The position numbers and the translations under genes were made by a program. Below, one piece after another: positions 7,979-9,838 of a stretch of DNA of 9,838 nucleotides. The notes under the pieces are model-generated. The model made no database searches and had not been told where the DNA came from. It saw only the letters and a list, made by a program, of their open reading frames with translations. The stretch is from the sequence record OY723339.1, one strand, 5' to 3'. Position 1 is the stretch's first letter, and every line of letters begins with the position of its first letter.

Positions 7979-8172
7979 CATACCATGGCACCATCCTCTG
8001 AGCACATACCATGTATCTAGAGGATATGGTCTCCATAGGTATCATGAGGGATACCCCTACCCTATGATATAGGTACCATGCAGAGCATGTGTACTCCTTA
8101 TAGCATATGTAGTGATCCCCATGGTCTCTAAGGGATCTGGTGATGTCCTGGATATCACCATAATCATGTAAT
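7979..8172 (+). repeat. Module C copy 4 (subtype II)
   Basis: Matches 4385-4579 apart from a few substitutions ('ggtctctaaggg', 'gatgtcctgg') and a 1-bp deletion in 'catgtaattgag'. Confidence 0.85.
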
Positions 8173-8375
8173 TGAGTACATGAAATCATGTGTTTGATGT
8201 CATGATTTGATGCCATGATCTCATGATCTGATGGTATGATGAGTACATACTACTACATACTACTAGTACATGCATGCCATACCACCATAGTACCATTGGT
8301 ACAGTACTGGTGCATGATAGGTATCACTGAGGATAACGTACTCTACATCTAGTGAGTACTGTATCTAATGTATGT

Positions 8376-8432
8376 ATGTATTCCATACCACCATTGTATA
8401 CATGTATTCCATACCACCATTGTATACATGTA
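8376..8432. repeat. 26-bp tandem repeat x2.2 (atgtattccataccaccattgtatac)
   Basis: Unit starts at 8376 and 8402, with a partial third from 8428. Each unit contains ccataccaccattgtata, the reverse complement of 8686-8703. Confidence 0.9.
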
Positions 8433-8688
8433 CATGGTAGTGATTAGAGTACTATGTATAGTAGTACCGTATGCAGTACTGCACACCACTGAGGATACAC
8501 ATACCACCTGTATGATGAGCATGCTCTATACAGTAGTATGATACGTAGTGTGTGTTGCATCATTAGCACCAATGCTACCAATAGGTATACTACTAGATGC
8601 TCTCCTGATGTGCACCAGCGTCTCTACAGAGGTAGACACTGGTATCATGTGCTTATGCGGTATGATAGGCTACACTGCATACCATTAT

Positions 8689-9020
8689 ACAATGGTGGTA
8701 TGGCACGCGTTCCCCTAATCCAGCGAAGCGGTGCAAGGTTGCCACGCGTAGGCATCGGATAGCCTAACGAGTAACATGCCCGTGAACCCGCATAATGAAT
8801 GGCACATGATGTATCCACTCTAAGTCGGCAGGGCTGGTCTTCAGCTATCGGACACGGCGTCCAGCATGTTCTCGTTTGCAGGAGCGTTGTGAACGCACTC
8901 CAAGAGGCATGGTCTGTAACCGACTGTCATCAGGGGGGCCCTCCACTTTATGTGCGCAATGTTATGGCTCACATTATGCTGTTTAGTAGCGTGATACCCG
9001 AAGGCCCATACCACCATTGT
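8689..9020. other. CpG-replete ~54% GC island (8704-9005) bracketed by a perfect 15-bp inverted repeat
   Basis: acaatggtggtatgg (8689-8703) is the exact reverse complement of ccataccaccattgt (9006-9020). By hand count the enclosed 302 bp has 164 G+C and 21 CpG, against 2 CpG in a 220-bp A unit. Confidence 0.7.
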
Positions 9021-9119
9021 GCCCTAGGGCTTCGTGTATACTGTACTACTGAGGGTACTGATGAGTACTAGCGCACTCGGTATAGAGGTGGAGTAGCTGT
9101 TATGCAGTGTATTCATTAA

Positions 9120-9772
9120 CACGTGCATCCATCAATACATGATTCCATGCATCTAATGATGTGCTCATGTCATCAGATACGTGCATTATCATGATATCTA
9201 GGCATCTCCTGATATGCACTATATACATACAGTACTCCATACACCTCTGCAATGGTGGTATGTACCTATATAGTAGCTCATAGCTTACATCATAGCAAGC
9301 ATGCTCTCTATGATATGCAGGTATGGATGTAATGATACTCATTGCGGATACCTACTCATAATGAGTATATTCATGTCATCGAATCATGTGTTTCATGTCA
9401 TCAAATGCATGCAATATCATGATATCTGGTGTCTACTGGATACTCCCTATATACCATATAGTACTCCATACACCTCTGCATGGTGTAATGGTACCCGTAC
9501 TCCCCATGTACTGTATACCATAGGATACATGGTACTAATGGTGTGTATGGTGTAGTACTACTGGTATTAGATGTGTATACCTACTCATAATGAGTACTTC
9601 ATGTCATCAAATGCATGCATTTACATGATGATACTACTCATGAGTACCTACTCGTAGTAGTATACATGTGGTATCCATGGTATACATAGTGCTCGTAGTG
9701 TATGCTGTTAGGCTATGATGTAGGGGTATCCCGTACCCCTCATAGCTCTCTGCACACCATGTAGTATCCTGT
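9120..9772 (+). repeat. A/B-family satellite array: A-like variant (~9120-9359), standard A (9360-9588), B (9589-~9772, truncated)
   Basis: The A-like variant shares 'atccatcaa[c/t]acat[c/g]attccat' and a 32-nt identical stretch 'agtactccatacacctctgcaatggtggtatg' with 168-300. The A and B units match the consensus of the other arrays. Confidence 0.8.
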
Positions 9773-9796
9773 GTATCCCGTATGCCATATCCTGTG
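9773..9796 (+). repeat. Element E 3'-tail fragment
   Basis: 'gtatcccgtatgccatatcctgtg' matches the E1/E2/E4 3' arm at 23 of 24 positions, with no upstream E sequence. Confidence 0.6.
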
Positions 9797-9838
9797 ATAC
9801 CTACAGACCTCTAATTCACCGTATTGGCATCAAATCAG

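Larger units (their letters stand above)
5007..8203. repeat. Higher-order direct repeat, copy 2 (short form, ~3.2 kb)
   Basis: Same module order as 607-4610. Offsets are 4409-4410 up to ~6650, 4388 through element E, 3836/3835 from module C (6935), and 3595/3594 after 7540. Relative to copy 1 it has +9 bp at 5030-5038, -22 bp near 6650, a net -552 bp after E5, and -240 bp at 7539/7540. There are also 1-bp indels, e.g. C3 vs C4 at 1737/6146 and A4 vs A3 at about 4333/7927. Confidence 0.9.
8204..9119. other. Single-copy non-coding spacer between repeat copy 2 and the next A/B array
   Basis: I found no collinear match elsewhere in the window. It shares only short words with the A-like units (ccataccaccat, cactgaggata). 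Confidence 0.6.

Noticed and set aside
9058-9065. Hammerhead-type CUGAUGAG word (also 'cctgaggag' on the minus strand of E, and 'tgatgag' at about 8237 and 8512)
   Set aside because: There is no appropriately spaced GAAA core, stem II/III pairing or cleavage-site context nearby. The heptamer alone is expected by chance in TGA-rich sequence.
8799-9071. 90-aa ORF on the plus strand, the only ORF lying mostly in single-copy, CpG-rich DNA
   Set aside because: It has no recognisable domain or motif, and it runs out of the island across the inverted repeat into repeat-like sequence. Its length is within chance expectation at ~54% GC. A BLASTP or HMM search is worthwhile, but I do not call it.
506-9555. 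All ORFs in the supplied six-frame track (60-116 aa) considered as protein-coding genes
   Set aside because: They are short and overlap each other on both strands (e.g. 1067-1270 minus with 1094-1303 plus), and they lie inside repeat modules. Their paralogous copies are truncated or extended by 1-bp indels: 2087-2437 vs 6497-6679, 4127-4426 vs 7722-7949, 3319-3639 vs 7145-7474. The translations are low-complexity with no motif I recognise. No start or RBS context supports them.
168-9772. CRISPR array, suggested by the many recurrences of 'catgtcatcaaat(g/c)catg'
   Set aside because: The repeats are parts of 220-290-bp satellite units, not 25-40-bp repeats separated by unique spacers. The 'spacers' are themselves repeated, and there is no leader or cas gene.
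1-9838. Possibility that genes are hidden by an alternative genetic code (TAG, TAA or TGA reassigned)
   Set aside because: All three stop codons are frequent in all frames of the repeat units, so no single reassignment would open long frames. Frameshifting 1-bp indels between ~99%-identical copies argue against coding constraint.
1-9838. tRNA, rRNA, snRNA, IS element or transposase, integrase att sites, prophage or defence-island signatures
   Set aside because: I found no cloverleaf-compatible sequence with box A/B words, no rRNA-like conserved blocks, no long ORFs, and no terminal inverted repeats enclosing coding sequence.

Overview
This 9,838-bp window appears entirely non-coding and is built almost wholly from nested repeats. 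The longest ORF on either strand is 116 aa. The listed ORFs overlap each other on both strands, lie inside repeat modules, and are broken by 1-bp indels between ~99%-identical copies. I therefore call no CDS, rRNA, tRNA, CRISPR array, transposase or any protein-based system.

Architecture:
(i) A two-copy higher-order direct repeat, 607-4610 vs 5007-8203, with a register offset of 4409 bp. The copies differ mainly by module-sized indels of about 9, 22, 552 and 240 bp.
(ii) Head-to-tail arrays of ~220-290-bp A/B-family units delimited by 'aatgag ... ctactcat'.
(iii) A 195-bp module C present four times in two subtypes.
(iv) G-block/A-T-tract modules with scattered telomere-like T2-4(A)G3-4 words and ~11-bp tract phasing.
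(v) A dispersed, co-oriented ~127-nt element 'E' (5 copies plus one tail fragment). It has an interrupted terminal inverted repeat and a conserved hairpin with a variable loop. It is the best candidate here for something functional, either a structured RNA or a MITE/SINE-like module.

The only clearly single-copy DNA is 1-167 and 8204-9119. The latter holds a 302-bp, ~54% GC, CpG-replete island bracketed by a perfect 15-bp inverted repeat. This contrasts with the CpG-poor, CATG/GTAC/TA-rich repeats around it.

The composition, the CpG depletion of the repeats and a transition-dominated divergence spectrum fit eukaryotic satellite or heterochromatin-like DNA better than a prokaryotic locus. I cannot assign a taxon. 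All coordinates and counts were derived by eye and may be off by a few bases.
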